IMG/VR virus record: IMGVR_UViG_3300033066_001079
Coordinates: 13,017 to 77,016 of that record
Length of the DNA stretch: 64,000 bases
Direction: 5' to 3' (one strand)
Source of the DNA: a virus
Taxonomy: Duplodnaviria > Heunggongvirae > Uroviricota > Caudoviricetes
The translations under genes were made by a program, and so were the position numbers. The notes below the pieces were generated by a model, which saw only the letters and a program-made list of their open reading frames with translations, was not told the origin of the DNA and made no database searches. Position 1 is the stretch's first letter. Each line of letters opens with the position of its first letter. Positions 29,070 through 37,778 of the stretch are shown piece after piece.

Positions 29070-29683
29070 ACAGGTACTCCAAACGGGTTTCCCTCGACCT
29101 TGATGAACTTCTCCCATGATTCCGGGATGTTTGCTGAAGCCAATCGAGCAAAACGAGCGTACACAGGACTCCACTTAGGCTTGACCGGCTGCTTGAGCAG
29201 CTTTAGTCCAGCTTCCTGAGGAGTACGGTCAGCCTTTTGCGCATTCACATCCAAGCAGCACATGACCAGATTTTCCCATGTAGAATTTCCACCCTTTGAT
29301 CGAGGGCGAACATGGTCAATAGTCGCCGTGTCCATTGAGATCGGCTTGCCAGTGTACTGACAAGTAAAGTTGTCTCGAATGAGCAGGTTACGACGAGTGA
29401 GCTTTACCTCACGATGCGGCAACCTGTCATAGTCAGACAAGACAATGATTTCTGGGACTCGGATTTGCTGGTTTGCAGACTGAATGAAACGCTCTCCGTC
29501 ACGAACAGGAAGCTTCATCCACTCTTCAAAATCATAGAGAACGTAGTCCTCATCCATGATCTTTGCGAGATCGCTGAGAACCTTCGTCACAGCCTTCTTG
29601 ACAGGCATGATGGAGATTGCTGTCCAGCCCTTGTTTAGGACTAGAGTAGGCAGGTTTACAGATGAACGTAGCTTCGTGGTCAT
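29066..29683 (-). CDS. HNH endonuclease
   Basis: HNH motif: TIDHVRPRSKGGNSTWENLVMCCLDVNAQK. The start overlaps the macrodomain gene stop by 4 nt. Confidence 0.8.
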   Translation of the reverse strand: MTTKLRSSVNLPTLVLNKGWTAISIMPVKKAVTKVLSDLAKIMDEDYVLYDFEEWMKLPVRDGERFIQSANQQIRVPEIIVLSDYDRLPHREVKLTRRNLLIRDNFTCQYTGKPISMDTATIDHVRPRSKGGNSTWENLVMCCLDVNAQKADRTPQEAGLKLLKQPVKPKWSPVYARFARLASANIPESWEKFIKVEGNPFGVPV

Positions 29684-30204
29684 GACTGATTCTCTATCGG
29701 GATGCTAAGACATTTTTTGAAAGCCTCAATGAAATCTTCGTTGGTATCTACTACCTGTATCTTGATTCGCTGATCGTACTCCTGCGCTACGACAGCCATT
29801 CGGTGCGCAACTTCCGTCTTATCCAAACCGCCAATGCCGCACCCAAGGCCGCCGAAGGCAATGGACTGTAGGCCACTTGCAATGGCTTTGTCTAGTACCC
29901 GACGAAGAAGATTTGGTATCGTGCCTAAAGAAGTTCGTCCTCCCGGAAACTGCATGGTGACAGCATGATAGATATACGTTACACCTCGACGCTTCAATAA
30001 TCCTGCATCAGAAACGTAAACGTCGCCTACTTGGAACGGACCCTCTTGTTCAATAACTTTTCCGACATTTTCACGAAGCAGGTCGCCACCTGAACGAGCA
30101 ATAGCGCCCGCTACGCCAGCGCCCATAACGCCAATGCCGTTGGCAGCATTGACGAGGGCATCGACGTTCTCGACTTTGGTGAGGTCGCCTACGAAAACCT
30201 TCAT
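29680..30204 (-). CDS. macrodomain protein (ADP-ribose binding/hydrolase fold)
   Basis: DALVNAANGIGVMGAGVAGAIARSGG matches the macro-domain signature (NAAN...GGGVAGAI). 174 aa, stand-alone. Confidence 0.8.
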   Translation of the reverse strand: MKVFVGDLTKVENVDALVNAANGIGVMGAGVAGAIARSGGDLLRENVGKVIEQEGPFQVGDVYVSDAGLLKRRGVTYIYHAVTMQFPGGRTSLGTIPNLLRRVLDKAIASGLQSIAFGGLGCGIGGLDKTEVAHRMAVVAQEYDQRIKIQVVDTNEDFIEAFKKCLSIPIENQS

Positions 30205-30221
30205 GGAGCCTCCCTTGGGCC

Positions 30222-31037
30222 TTACGCTTGCAGTATACTCACAAGTCCGCTCATGTACTCTGGGTTCAAAGTGACTTTTTTCTGGAGCCGCTCAAGAATC
30301 TTGGCATGCATCTGGCTAATGCGGGATTCGCTGTAACCAGTTTCGGCAGCGATCTCTTTCATAGTCATATCGCCGTAGTAGTGCATATGGATAATCTTGC
30401 GCTCAAGAGGAACAAAGTTCTTTCCCAAAAGCTTCTTGAACATCTCTTCCTTGACCACCTTCCCCAAAGGGTGCCGGTCATTGGTAGTTACGCTCTCGAT
30501 CTGAAGCTCTTCCCCGCCATCGGTAGAATGAGATCCGCCAGCAAACATGCTCACACATCCGATTGGATTTGCCTTAGAAGCCATTTCCAAGTATTCGTCT
30601 ACGGAAAGGTTAAGAGCAGCAGCCACTTCGTCGTCATTGGGAGTGCGACCAAGATCGCATTCAAGCTGGTGCTTAGCCTTCTGAATCTTGCCATATCGCT
30701 GACGGACAAGACGAGGAACCCAATCCACCTGACGAATGTTATCGAGGATAGAACCTCGGATTCTGTGAATAGCGAACGTCTCGAACTTGTTCTTTAGATC
30801 TGGGTCGAAGCGGTCAACGGCATGATAGAGGCCGTCCGTTCCCCACGAAACAAGATCGTCAATATCAACTTCACGAATCTTCTTGTGCATACGCTCCGCC
30901 ACCTTTGTAACAAGTGGGTAGTATATCTCAAGAAGCTCATTACGAGCCTTGACATAGATAGGGTCTTCTTTTTCGTGCTTAGAACGGATGGCAACAAAAT
31001 CAGACCACTTCTGGCTAAGCTTCTCAGGGGTAAGCAT
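30222..31037 (-). CDS. RNA polymerase sigma factor, sigma-70 family (group 3-like)
   Basis: Region 2 is LVSWGTDGLYHAVDRFDPDLKNKFETFAIHRIRGSI. Region 4 HTH is MTMKEIAAETGYSESRISQMHAKILERLQ. SD AAAAAGGAG lies upstream. Confidence 0.75.
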   Translation of the reverse strand: MLTPEKLSQKWSDFVAIRSKHEKEDPIYVKARNELLEIYYPLVTKVAERMHKKIREVDIDDLVSWGTDGLYHAVDRFDPDLKNKFETFAIHRIRGSILDNIRQVDWVPRLVRQRYGKIQKAKHQLECDLGRTPNDDEVAAALNLSVDEYLEMASKANPIGCVSMFAGGSHSTDGGEELQIESVTTNDRHPLGKVVKEEMFKKLLGKNFVPLERKIIHMHYYGDMTMKEIAAETGYSESRISQMHAKILERLQKKVTLNPEYMSGLVSILQA

Positions 31038-31130
31038 TCCACGCTCCTTTTTACGTCGTTTTTCGCTTCGTCCTAACCTACGTCTTAAGTATAGGTCTTT
31101 CTTAGAACACCTGCTAAGTTATAAAACGTG

Positions 31131-32183
31131 TTATCCAAGAATGGTCTTAGCTTCAGACAATGGTGTATTGCCTGCCGTTGCCATGACCATATCAGGTGCC
31201 TTATATGGATCAGTCACTAGCATGTCGCCCGGCGTTGGTCGCCAGAACTTCGGAAGCTCTGGCGCTAGACCAAAGCCCCTCTTTGGCTTCTCTTGCTCTC
31301 TGACCGTAGAAACAAGCTTCTGTGTAGCCGTAGACTGAATCTGATGAGCAACGCCCGGCTCAACTGCGGTTCCGAATATCTTCTCTCGAACGGAAGCTGG
31401 CATGTAAGTCTTAGCAACCTCTCCGGTATGAACCAGTTCTTTTACAGCAACGTCTCGATTACGAATCTGGAAGACTACGTAAACTACTGCTCCTACAAAG
31501 CCAACTCCCAATACCGCAAGGGCAATCCAAGCAATAGTTGAGAGATACATAGTTACCGCTACTGCTACTCCCAAAGTTGCAACGCATCCTGCGGCTATCA
31601 TGAAGGCAGATGGAGTCTTGAAGAAGAAACCTATTACTAGGCATGCCCCGATACCTACTACGCAAGCGGCTATAATCCATGCCAGCATTGTCTTTAGTAG
31701 CTTTGCATTCGAGCTTTGTAGATCTTTGATCTTCGCTTCAAGCTTTGCTCTTTCGACCTCTGCGTTCTTAGCGAAATCGGTATAGCTGTCGATTTTCTTC
31801 TGCTCTTCCAACAGTCGGTTTTGCGTTTCTTTGAGCTTCTGCTCTGTTGCAGCAAGAGTCGCTTGGTCCGCTCGAAGCCCCTTCGTTTCCTCTTTGATTC
31901 CCTTTATCTCGGGATCGGTCTTGGGCTTTGCTTCTGGTGGAACTGCCGCTGATACAGCATCAGCATGGCCATCAATCTTGTCGGCTCTTGCTCCAACGTC
32001 CTTCGATACATCACCAACTGTTTTTGAAGCGTCCCCAACAGAAGTGCCTTCGTCGGCAACCTTTGGTAGCTCTGGCGAGCCTTTAGTGACAACAGTGGCT
32101 CCATGATTGCAGGAAGTGATTAGAAATACCCAGCCAAATACTCCCACAATGAACAAAGTTATAAGTGCTGTTCTAGTCGTCAT
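31131..32183 (-). CDS. membrane protein with lipoprotein-like signal, coiled-coil region and three C-terminal TM helices
   Basis: N-terminus LITLFIVGVFGWVFLITSC (lipobox-like LITSC). The middle is K/E-rich and coiled-coil-like. Three hydrophobic helices follow (LAWIIAACVVGIGACLVIGFFF etc.). Confidence 0.55.
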   Translation of the reverse strand: MTTRTALITLFIVGVFGWVFLITSCNHGATVVTKGSPELPKVADEGTSVGDASKTVGDVSKDVGARADKIDGHADAVSAAVPPEAKPKTDPEIKGIKEETKGLRADQATLAATEQKLKETQNRLLEEQKKIDSYTDFAKNAEVERAKLEAKIKDLQSSNAKLLKTMLAWIIAACVVGIGACLVIGFFFKTPSAFMIAAGCVATLGVAVAVTMYLSTIAWIALAVLGVGFVGAVVYVVFQIRNRDVAVKELVHTGEVAKTYMPASVREKIFGTAVEPGVAHQIQSTATQKLVSTVREQEKPKRGFGLAPELPKFWRPTPGDMLVTDPYKAPDMVMATAGNTPLSEAKTILG

Positions 32184-32385
32184 TCTCTTCTCCTAAGGTT
32201 ATCTTTAATAAGGCGTCGGCTTCTTCTGCGGTAAACGATCTATATGAATAGGCTACAAAATAGCCCATTTCCCTATTCAAGATTCTTACCTCAAACCCTA
32301 TGTCGCAGAGCTTATTTTTGTAAAGCCGTGCATAACCTTCGTCCCAATTGCAGCCAATTCCGGCTATTCTAATGGGTTTTGTCAT
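32173..32385 (-). CDS. small hypothetical protein
   Basis: 70-aa ORF in the lysis-proximal operon. Confidence 0.4.
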   Translation of the reverse strand: MTKPIRIAGIGCNWDEGYARLYKNKLCDIGFEVRILNREMGYFVAYSYRSFTAEEADALLKITLGEENDD

Positions 32386-32719
32386 TAGGAGGCTCGCTTG
32401 GGCTAGGAGTCTTGTCTAGAACATTCAAAAACTCTATAACAAACCAAGTTAGTCCCAAGGCAATCACTCCCGTGAAAGGCCATAGGAAAATCCCTGTTAT
32501 GAAGCATTTCAAGACCAACTCGCCAACCAACGAAGCCCAAAACGAAGCGCAAACGGTACACTCTAACATATGCGGAAGCTTGCTATTGAAGAATCCCAAA
32601 AACCCCCGCAGAGGCTTTGTCAAGATTGTAATAGGCCAATCATCTCCTTTCTCTACAAGCATAATCGCAAGAGAAAAAGCAAACGCCAACGAAAGAATTA
32701 CGTGTACTAGCAACCCCAT
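32369..32719 (-). CDS. small multi-pass membrane protein (holin candidate)
   Basis: 116 aa with about three hydrophobic segments. It sits next to the endolysin region. Confidence 0.45.
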   Translation of the reverse strand: MGLLVHVILSLAFAFSLAIMLVEKGDDWPITILTKPLRGFLGFFNSKLPHMLECTVCASFWASLVGELVLKCFITGIFLWPFTGVIALGLTWFVIEFLNVLDKTPSPSEPPNDKTH

Positions 32720-32940
32720 TCGTTCTCCCCAAAGTCTTTTAGATACTCGTAGTTTTCCAAGTATCTAGTTATCCTATCAAAGCCATTGAACTCTCTTAGC
32801 TTCTGCGCTTTCTTGATAGATAGAATAAAACCGTCAAAAAGAACAAACTCGTGTTTTATCTGACGGTCAAGAAGCAAATACGATATTCGATACCCTCTGG
32901 GCGATACATCTCCATAGAAGATTACTGCCCCAATGTTCAT
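32707..32940 (-). CDS. small hypothetical protein
   Basis: 77-aa ORF. Confidence 0.4.
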   Translation of the reverse strand: MNIGAVIFYGDVSPRGYRISYLLLDRQIKHEFVLFDGFILSIKKAQKLREFNGFDRITRYLENYEYLKDFGENEWGC

Positions 32941-33293
32941 GTTTTCTTAGAGTGACTCGCTTTTTCTAAAGCAGATTGTATGAGTTTCCATTTCTCGCTC
33001 TTATTTTCAGAAGTATACGAATCTGATTTTTCTGTATACTTCGCTTCCATATTTAGATGCATGGCAATAAAGACAACGTATAGCCACTTATGATCTGGAA
33101 CGGAGATTGGATATTTCTCTACAAAACCCCAATCTACTAGTTCATTGTAAATTTCAAGAGTCTCGCCAGAGATAGCTTTGTCTGGACGAGTGCAGGCCTC
33201 CCTAATCTCGTCATAGGCGGCAACGGCTCTCTGAACAGCTAGCATACGAGGATTCATTAGAATGCGGTTTCCAGTCATTGTTTGATTAGCCAT
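32937..33293 (-). CDS. hypothetical protein
   Basis: 118-aa ORF divergent from the endolysin. Confidence 0.45.
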   Translation of the reverse strand: MANQTMTGNRILMNPRMLAVQRAVAAYDEIREACTRPDKAISGETLEIYNELVDWGFVEKYPISVPDHKWLYVVFIAMHLNMEAKYTEKSDSYTSENKSEKWKLIQSALEKASHSKKT

Positions 33294-33369
33294 TTTCTAT
33301 CTCCCAGTTAATACTTGATATATCGTCAGTTTTCCTTGGTCCCAAGGTAAAAGAGACGAAAATTAGAAT

Positions 33370-34197
33370 ATGAGTAGAATGAATAACAAAGGATGGTACA
33401 AAGCCGCTCAGCCTCTTTCTTCAAAAGAAGCTGATGTCAACTGGGACCACGTTCGCAAAGGTCTAGGATGGGGAGCGGGCCTCGGCGCTATCCCTTTAGC
33501 GGTAGGACTCATGAATCCGCCTAACCGTCCTGCCGAAAGCCCTCAAGCTCCTCAATCCATCGTAAATCAAGATTCTCCCAAAGAGCAGCTAAGGTCGCCT
33601 AGCAAAGAAATAGCTTCGCCAAGCCCAAACGCTGCTCCTACAGCAATGCCGCAAGCTTCTCAAGGCCTTCCCGGCGACCAAGAGCTTTCTTCATTCATAG
33701 AGCCATTCGAAGGCAATGTGCCTTATGCCTACAAAGATTCTAAAGGAGTACCCACCATTGGTATTGGATTCAATCTCCTCAAGCCCGGAGCCAAAGAGAA
33801 GATTTCTTCTCTCGGCCTGAACTATGACAAGATTGTAAGCGAAGCCAATTTACCGAAGGCTCAGCGAACCAAGCTCAGTCCTCAACAAGTGCAGACCTTG
33901 TTCAAAGCAGACGTTCAGACAGCAATTTCTGACGCTCAACGATGGATACCGAACCTGTCCTCGCATCCCAAGCCAGTGCAGCTTGTGGCTATAGATTTGG
34001 CCTTTAACATGGGAGCCAGCACGCTGTCTCAGTTCAAGAATACCAAAAAGCTCATTGAAGAGAAAAAGTACGAATCAGCCGCCCAAGCTCTTCAACAGTC
34101 TAAATGGTATAGCCAAGTCCAAGACTCCCGCAGTCATGGTCATTGCCAAATGCTTATGGAACTTGGGGATCAGGCTCAGTCGGCAGACGGGCAATAA
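33370..34197 (+). CDS. endolysin, GH24 (T4-type) lysozyme with Gly/Ala-rich SAR-like N-terminal segment
   Basis: FEGNVPYAYKDSKGVPTIGIGFNL matches the T4 lysozyme E-x8-D-x5-T catalytic region. The N-terminus GLGWGAGLGAIPLAVGLM is a weakly hydrophobic Gly/Ala-rich helix, typical of signal-anchor-release endolysins. The N-terminus also contains GWYKAAQ. Confidence 0.8.
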   Translation: MSRMNNKGWYKAAQPLSSKEADVNWDHVRKGLGWGAGLGAIPLAVGLMNPPNRPAESPQAPQSIVNQDSPKEQLRSPSKEIASPSPNAAPTAMPQASQGLPGDQELSSFIEPFEGNVPYAYKDSKGVPTIGIGFNLLKPGAKEKISSLGLNYDKIVSEANLPKAQRTKLSPQQVQTLFKADVQTAISDAQRWIPNLSSHPKPVQLVAIDLAFNMGASTLSQFKNTKKLIEEKKYESAAQALQQSKWYSQVQDSRSHGHCQMLMELGDQAQSADGQ

Positions 34198-34726
34198 CCC
34201 TAGCTATGCTAGCGGCAGCCAAGGCGTCGTTTAACCCTCTATGTAGCCTGAAGTTATGAATGATGCCCTCTTTTGCGAGGACTTCTTTTACGCTACACTT
34301 ATCGCCTCTTTGAACATTACGCTTTTCAGTATAGATGTCTTTTAGATTGCGATGCTCTCCAAACGGGAAAACAAGATTATTTCTCGCGCAATCGGCATTT
34401 AGACACTTCAAATCCCAACTACCCCAAGTAAACCAAGGAATCTCGCTAGGAGATACTTTGTGGTTTTCTATAAACCATGCGACAAAGGAAGGAAGAACTA
34501 CGTCAAATCCCTGAGCGGCGTCTACTTCTTCTTGACGTATCTTTGTTAATCGTTTGCAAAAAGGAGATAGCCTATAGTTGAACTTTGGCTTTACAAAGCT
34601 CGACCATGTTCCTAAGATTTCATAGTTCTCATCGCAGACCACAACCCCAATATCAATAATCTCGTTAAGATCAGGGGTCTTGGGAACTTCCCAACAGGTC
34701 GCTTCGAGATCAACAAGCAAGTACAT
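34154..34726 (-). CDS. 3'-5' exonuclease, DEDDh (DnaQ/ERI-1-like) family
   Basis: Exo I is LVDLEATC, Exo II is WGSWD and Exo III is HRGLNDALAAA. The gene overlaps the 3' end of the endolysin convergently. Confidence 0.75.
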   Translation of the reverse strand: MYLLVDLEATCWEVPKTPDLNEIIDIGVVVCDENYEILGTWSSFVKPKFNYRLSPFCKRLTKIRQEEVDAAQGFDVVLPSFVAWFIENHKVSPSEIPWFTWGSWDLKCLNADCARNNLVFPFGEHRNLKDIYTEKRNVQRGDKCSVKEVLAKEGIIHNFRLHRGLNDALAAASIARVIARLPTEPDPQVP

Positions 34727-34820
34727 ATCGAAGAGTCATTCTTTCTGGTGTTATAGCAATCTTGCTTAGACTGCTTATAACTTCTTTCCGCATCCAAGCG
34801 TTCTAAGCCTTTGTTTATAA

Positions 34821-35690
34821 CTAGGAACAGCTTAGTTCGTATTCCTTTACGAGAGACTGCAAATCGCATTTCCTATTCTCATTTGGGAAGAAATGACGGT
34901 ACTGGCTCCATCCAACAAAGTTTCCTATAGCCTTCTCAACCCCAGCCTGACAAGCATGCTCAAATGGCGACCAATGGCCGTTTTGGGCCAATATGTCATG
35001 AAGAGCTATGTCTTTTTCCGTAGAAGAGTTGCCTTCGATGGTAAGATAAGACGTTCGAGCAGCACGAGCGGTTGCAATCTTCAATCGTACTTCGTTGTCA
35101 ACATTTTCAAGCCTATCGCCAAATGGGATATGCCACTCGCCCCATTCTTTCTTAACCGGCTGGCTTCCTAAGTAAGTCTTTAGTATAAGATGAGATAGAT
35201 GCTGGAACTCTGGCTGAGCGTCTTTGTGTACTCTTAATGAGAAAAAGTTCTCCCATTGAGTAGCAGTAACAAGAGTTGTCATCCAAACAAACGGCTCTAA
35301 AACTCTATTAACAATCTGCTTATGCAGACCTAGATTCTTGAGAGCCATAGCAGATTCTATAGCCCTATTTGCCGCTTCTCTCCATTGAGCTTCGCAAGAG
35401 GCTTTTTCTGCGGCCTCTGTAAAAACGCCGTGGTCCTGCATTCCCTTGCCATTCTTGCCCCAACGAATAGGCATTGCCGGATTCGTCCTTACTTGCTCAA
35501 TAATTTTTTCGATAGGGATAGCTCGACTACTAGCTGCATTTCTGCTAAATGCCCTATGCGTCATTAGCTCTGAATGTATGAATCGAGGATAAGTTAATAG
35601 AAACGTTGTTACTCTATTGCCATTCGGATTTATAGAATCCGCTATTATGTTTGTTACGTAAGAACTCATCTCAAACTCCTTATCGACCAC
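34821..35690 (-). CDS. thyX: flavin-dependent thymidylate synthase
   Basis: ThyX signature THRAFSRNAASSRAIP (xHRxxSxxxxSxR). SD AAGGAG lies upstream. Confidence 0.8.
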   Translation of the reverse strand: MVDKEFEMSSYVTNIIADSINPNGNRVTTFLLTYPRFIHSELMTHRAFSRNAASSRAIPIEKIIEQVRTNPAMPIRWGKNGKGMQDHGVFTEAAEKASCEAQWREAANRAIESAMALKNLGLHKQIVNRVLEPFVWMTTLVTATQWENFFSLRVHKDAQPEFQHLSHLILKTYLGSQPVKKEWGEWHIPFGDRLENVDNEVRLKIATARAARTSYLTIEGNSSTEKDIALHDILAQNGHWSPFEHACQAGVEKAIGNFVGWSQYRHFFPNENRKCDLQSLVKEYELSCS

Positions 35691-35692
35691 GT

Positions 35693-35731
35693 AAAAAAGC
35701 CCTCGTCCGGGTTTGAAGACCGGAAAAGGGC
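35693..35731 (-). terminator. rho-independent terminator upstream of thyX
   Basis: On the minus strand an interrupted GC stem (AGCCCT-TTTCCGG...CCGGACGAGGGCT) is followed by TTTTTT. Confidence 0.5.
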
Positions 35732-35799
35732 TGTTCTAGCTGCAAGCTGTTGAACGCCATCCGAATCTCCTTGGAGAATCAGATGGCTAATCGTCTCAA

Positions 35800-36252
35800 T
35801 CAGAACAGTGGGTCGTACCCTTCACGGGGAGAACCAGACTCGTTGATTGCTCTGGCGACTTGGGTTGAAAGTTGGTGAAACTTTTCCGTCACTTCCTCGA
35901 CAGTTTCCGCAAACTGGTCCATTCTCTCGTACCACTTGTGTTCGCTAGGGTTTTCGACATGCTTTTCCTGAAAGATGGTCAAGCGGCGAAGAACCGCCAA
36001 AAGATCTCTCCTCAACTCGGCATGCCTTGTTTGCAGGGCCAATTTGCCGGGAAAAGGAGCAGTCATGTCAAACAGTCCCACCAACGAATCGTTGGCGAGA
36101 ATCATCTTTCCCACAAAAAGCCTACACCCTTGAAGTGCAGGTCCGATTTCTTTGGCGCGAGTATGCATACCTGCGATCTGTTCGTCCATGTCGTTCTCCT
36201 TGTTCCGTAATCCACGAAGTATATCCCCAAGCGATTTGAAAACAATTTGCAT
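35800..36252 (-). CDS. hypothetical protein
   Basis: 150-aa ORF. Confidence 0.5.
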   Translation of the reverse strand: MQIVFKSLGDILRGLRNKENDMDEQIAGMHTRAKEIGPALQGCRLFVGKMILANDSLVGLFDMTAPFPGKLALQTRHAELRRDLLAVLRRLTIFQEKHVENPSEHKWYERMDQFAETVEEVTEKFHQLSTQVARAINESGSPREGYDPLF

Positions 36253-36331
36253 GTTGTGGCAAGCGAGATCTGAAAAATAGTCGAAATCACCTTATAAAGG
36301 AATAGTATGTCTTTTCCGCTAAGAGAATAGC

Positions 36332-36943
36332 ATGAGATGGTACGATAGAGCTATTCCCCAGATTAATGATGTCATGCCTTACATCAAAGAGGCGGCTAAG
36401 AGTATCTCTGCGTTTGCACAGGTAAAGAACGTTTACGTCTGGGGCGGAATAGCCGAGAACGTTGACAACGCATCCTTTCGTGTCAAGGACATTGATATTC
36501 TGATTGAATGCGGATTTGATTCGGGCGACCTTTTGGCGATTGATAGCAGTTCAGAAGGCGCTCTCAAAATCGCTTCGAGCGAACTTGAAGACTTAGGTTT
36601 CAATCCGTCCGCCGTTCGCTTTACAAGTTCTCTGCTAAAAATGAAAGCACCTTCCGTCGATTTTTGGGCTGTTTCCAAGGACCAAAAACTGCTGCACTGG
36701 GGTCCGATTACCGAAACCGTTGAGGAATGGAAGCAAGTCAGAAAGGAAGCCGAAAGCAAGGCCGAAATAGCCACAGGCGTTTCCAAAAAAGACCTTCATC
36801 GAACCTCTGAGGCTGAACGCCGCAAATGGCATGAGGCATACGAACAAAGCATTCATGACTTCTCTGAAGGCTGCCCTCAAGGTTGGTACGCCTCCCAAAA
36901 CAACGTAGACAAGGTGTTCGAGAAAGCCATCAAGCTAACCTAA
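36332..36943 (+). CDS. putative nucleotidyltransferase-fold protein (Pol-beta superfamily minimal NTase)
   Basis: VYVWGGIAENVDNASFRVKDIDILIE fits hG[GS]-x9-13-D-h-D-h. The N-terminus MRWYDRA carries the M-x-W-Y leader seen in the 53-63 kb cluster. Confidence 0.45.
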   Translation: MRWYDRAIPQINDVMPYIKEAAKSISAFAQVKNVYVWGGIAENVDNASFRVKDIDILIECGFDSGDLLAIDSSSEGALKIASSELEDLGFNPSAVRFTSSLLKMKAPSVDFWAVSKDQKLLHWGPITETVEEWKQVRKEAESKAEIATGVSKKDLHRTSEAERRKWHEAYEQSIHDFSEGCPQGWYASQNNVDKVFEKAIKLT

Positions 36944-37383
36944 TGCCCAAAGCCGCTCTTCGTTGCTGCGTTTGCAACTCCAACGCCGCCCTCAAACAAA
37001 CCCACATTTTCTCCCTCGCACTCTGCAAAAAGTGCGACCACGCCTACCTCCTGTCAACGGAAGAAAACCATGACAGGTTTGAAAAAGACGCTCTGAAAAA
37101 ACGGAAGCTATCGCAGTCCCGTCAAGGTGTAATCGAAAACGTATTTGAGTTTTGCTACTGTCCGTTTTGGACCGCTATGGAGCTTTTGCCAAACGCCACA
37201 GAGTTCCATATACAGCTAAACTTTGGTCGATTTGAAGAGTTCCTGCAATCGCAGTATTTCTCTGCAAAGAGCTTTGAAGTCTTCGCTTCCCGACTTCGAC
37301 TTCCATTGTCTACAAAGATAGATACAGTTGGGATAATAGAACTTCAGAAACAATCTTCGCTGTCGTCTTCGAAAATATCCTGA
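36943..37383 (+). CDS. hypothetical Cys4 zinc-ribbon protein
   Basis: The start is re-set to the ATG that overlaps the upstream TAA (TAATG). It has CCVCNS...CKKCDH cysteine pairs. Confidence 0.35.
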   Translation: MPKAALRCCVCNSNAALKQTHIFSLALCKKCDHAYLLSTEENHDRFEKDALKKRKLSQSRQGVIENVFEFCYCPFWTAMELLPNATEFHIQLNFGRFEEFLQSQYFSAKSFEVFASRLRLPLSTKIDTVGIIELQKQSSLSSSKIS

Positions 37384-37691
37384 GGTTCTTCGGCTCTCAG
37401 CACGTACATCTGCTTCCAGTCAACAGTTAATAGATCAGGTCGTTCGTCTACGATATAGTCAAGAACCTTGTCATTGATATACTCCGCCATGTCCTCGCAG
37501 TTCATAAGACAAGAGCATGTTGATATAGGCGCTCGTCTGCCTAGAAAATACTGAAAAACAAGGTTCTGAACGGCTGAAGCCCTTTCAATGCCAACAAGAG
37601 ATTGTCCCTTTTGGTCAAGAAAGAAGTCTCGCAACCGTACTAAACAAACTACAAATGCCTCTTCCCATTGACTCTTGGTTCTTTTTTCCAT
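37344..37691 (-). CDS. hypothetical protein (shortened from the 256-aa ORF)
   Basis: The start is re-set to ATG 37691, which has GGGAGGAG 9 nt upstream. The ORF-track N-terminal half is Cys/Arg/Trp-rich and antisense to the plus-strand gene 37779..38285, so it is judged non-coding. Confidence 0.45.
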   Translation of the reverse strand: MEKRTKSQWEEAFVVCLVRLRDFFLDQKGQSLVGIERASAVQNLVFQYFLGRRAPISTCSCLMNCEDMAEYINDKVLDYIVDERPDLLTVDWKQMYVLRAEEPQDIFEDDSEDCF

Positions 37692-37778
37692 ATCAACGTC
37701 TCCTCCCATACTTATCGAAACTTCGAGAGCAGTAGAGATAGTCGATAACTTGTTATACGCCCAACGGAGTGCTAAAAT

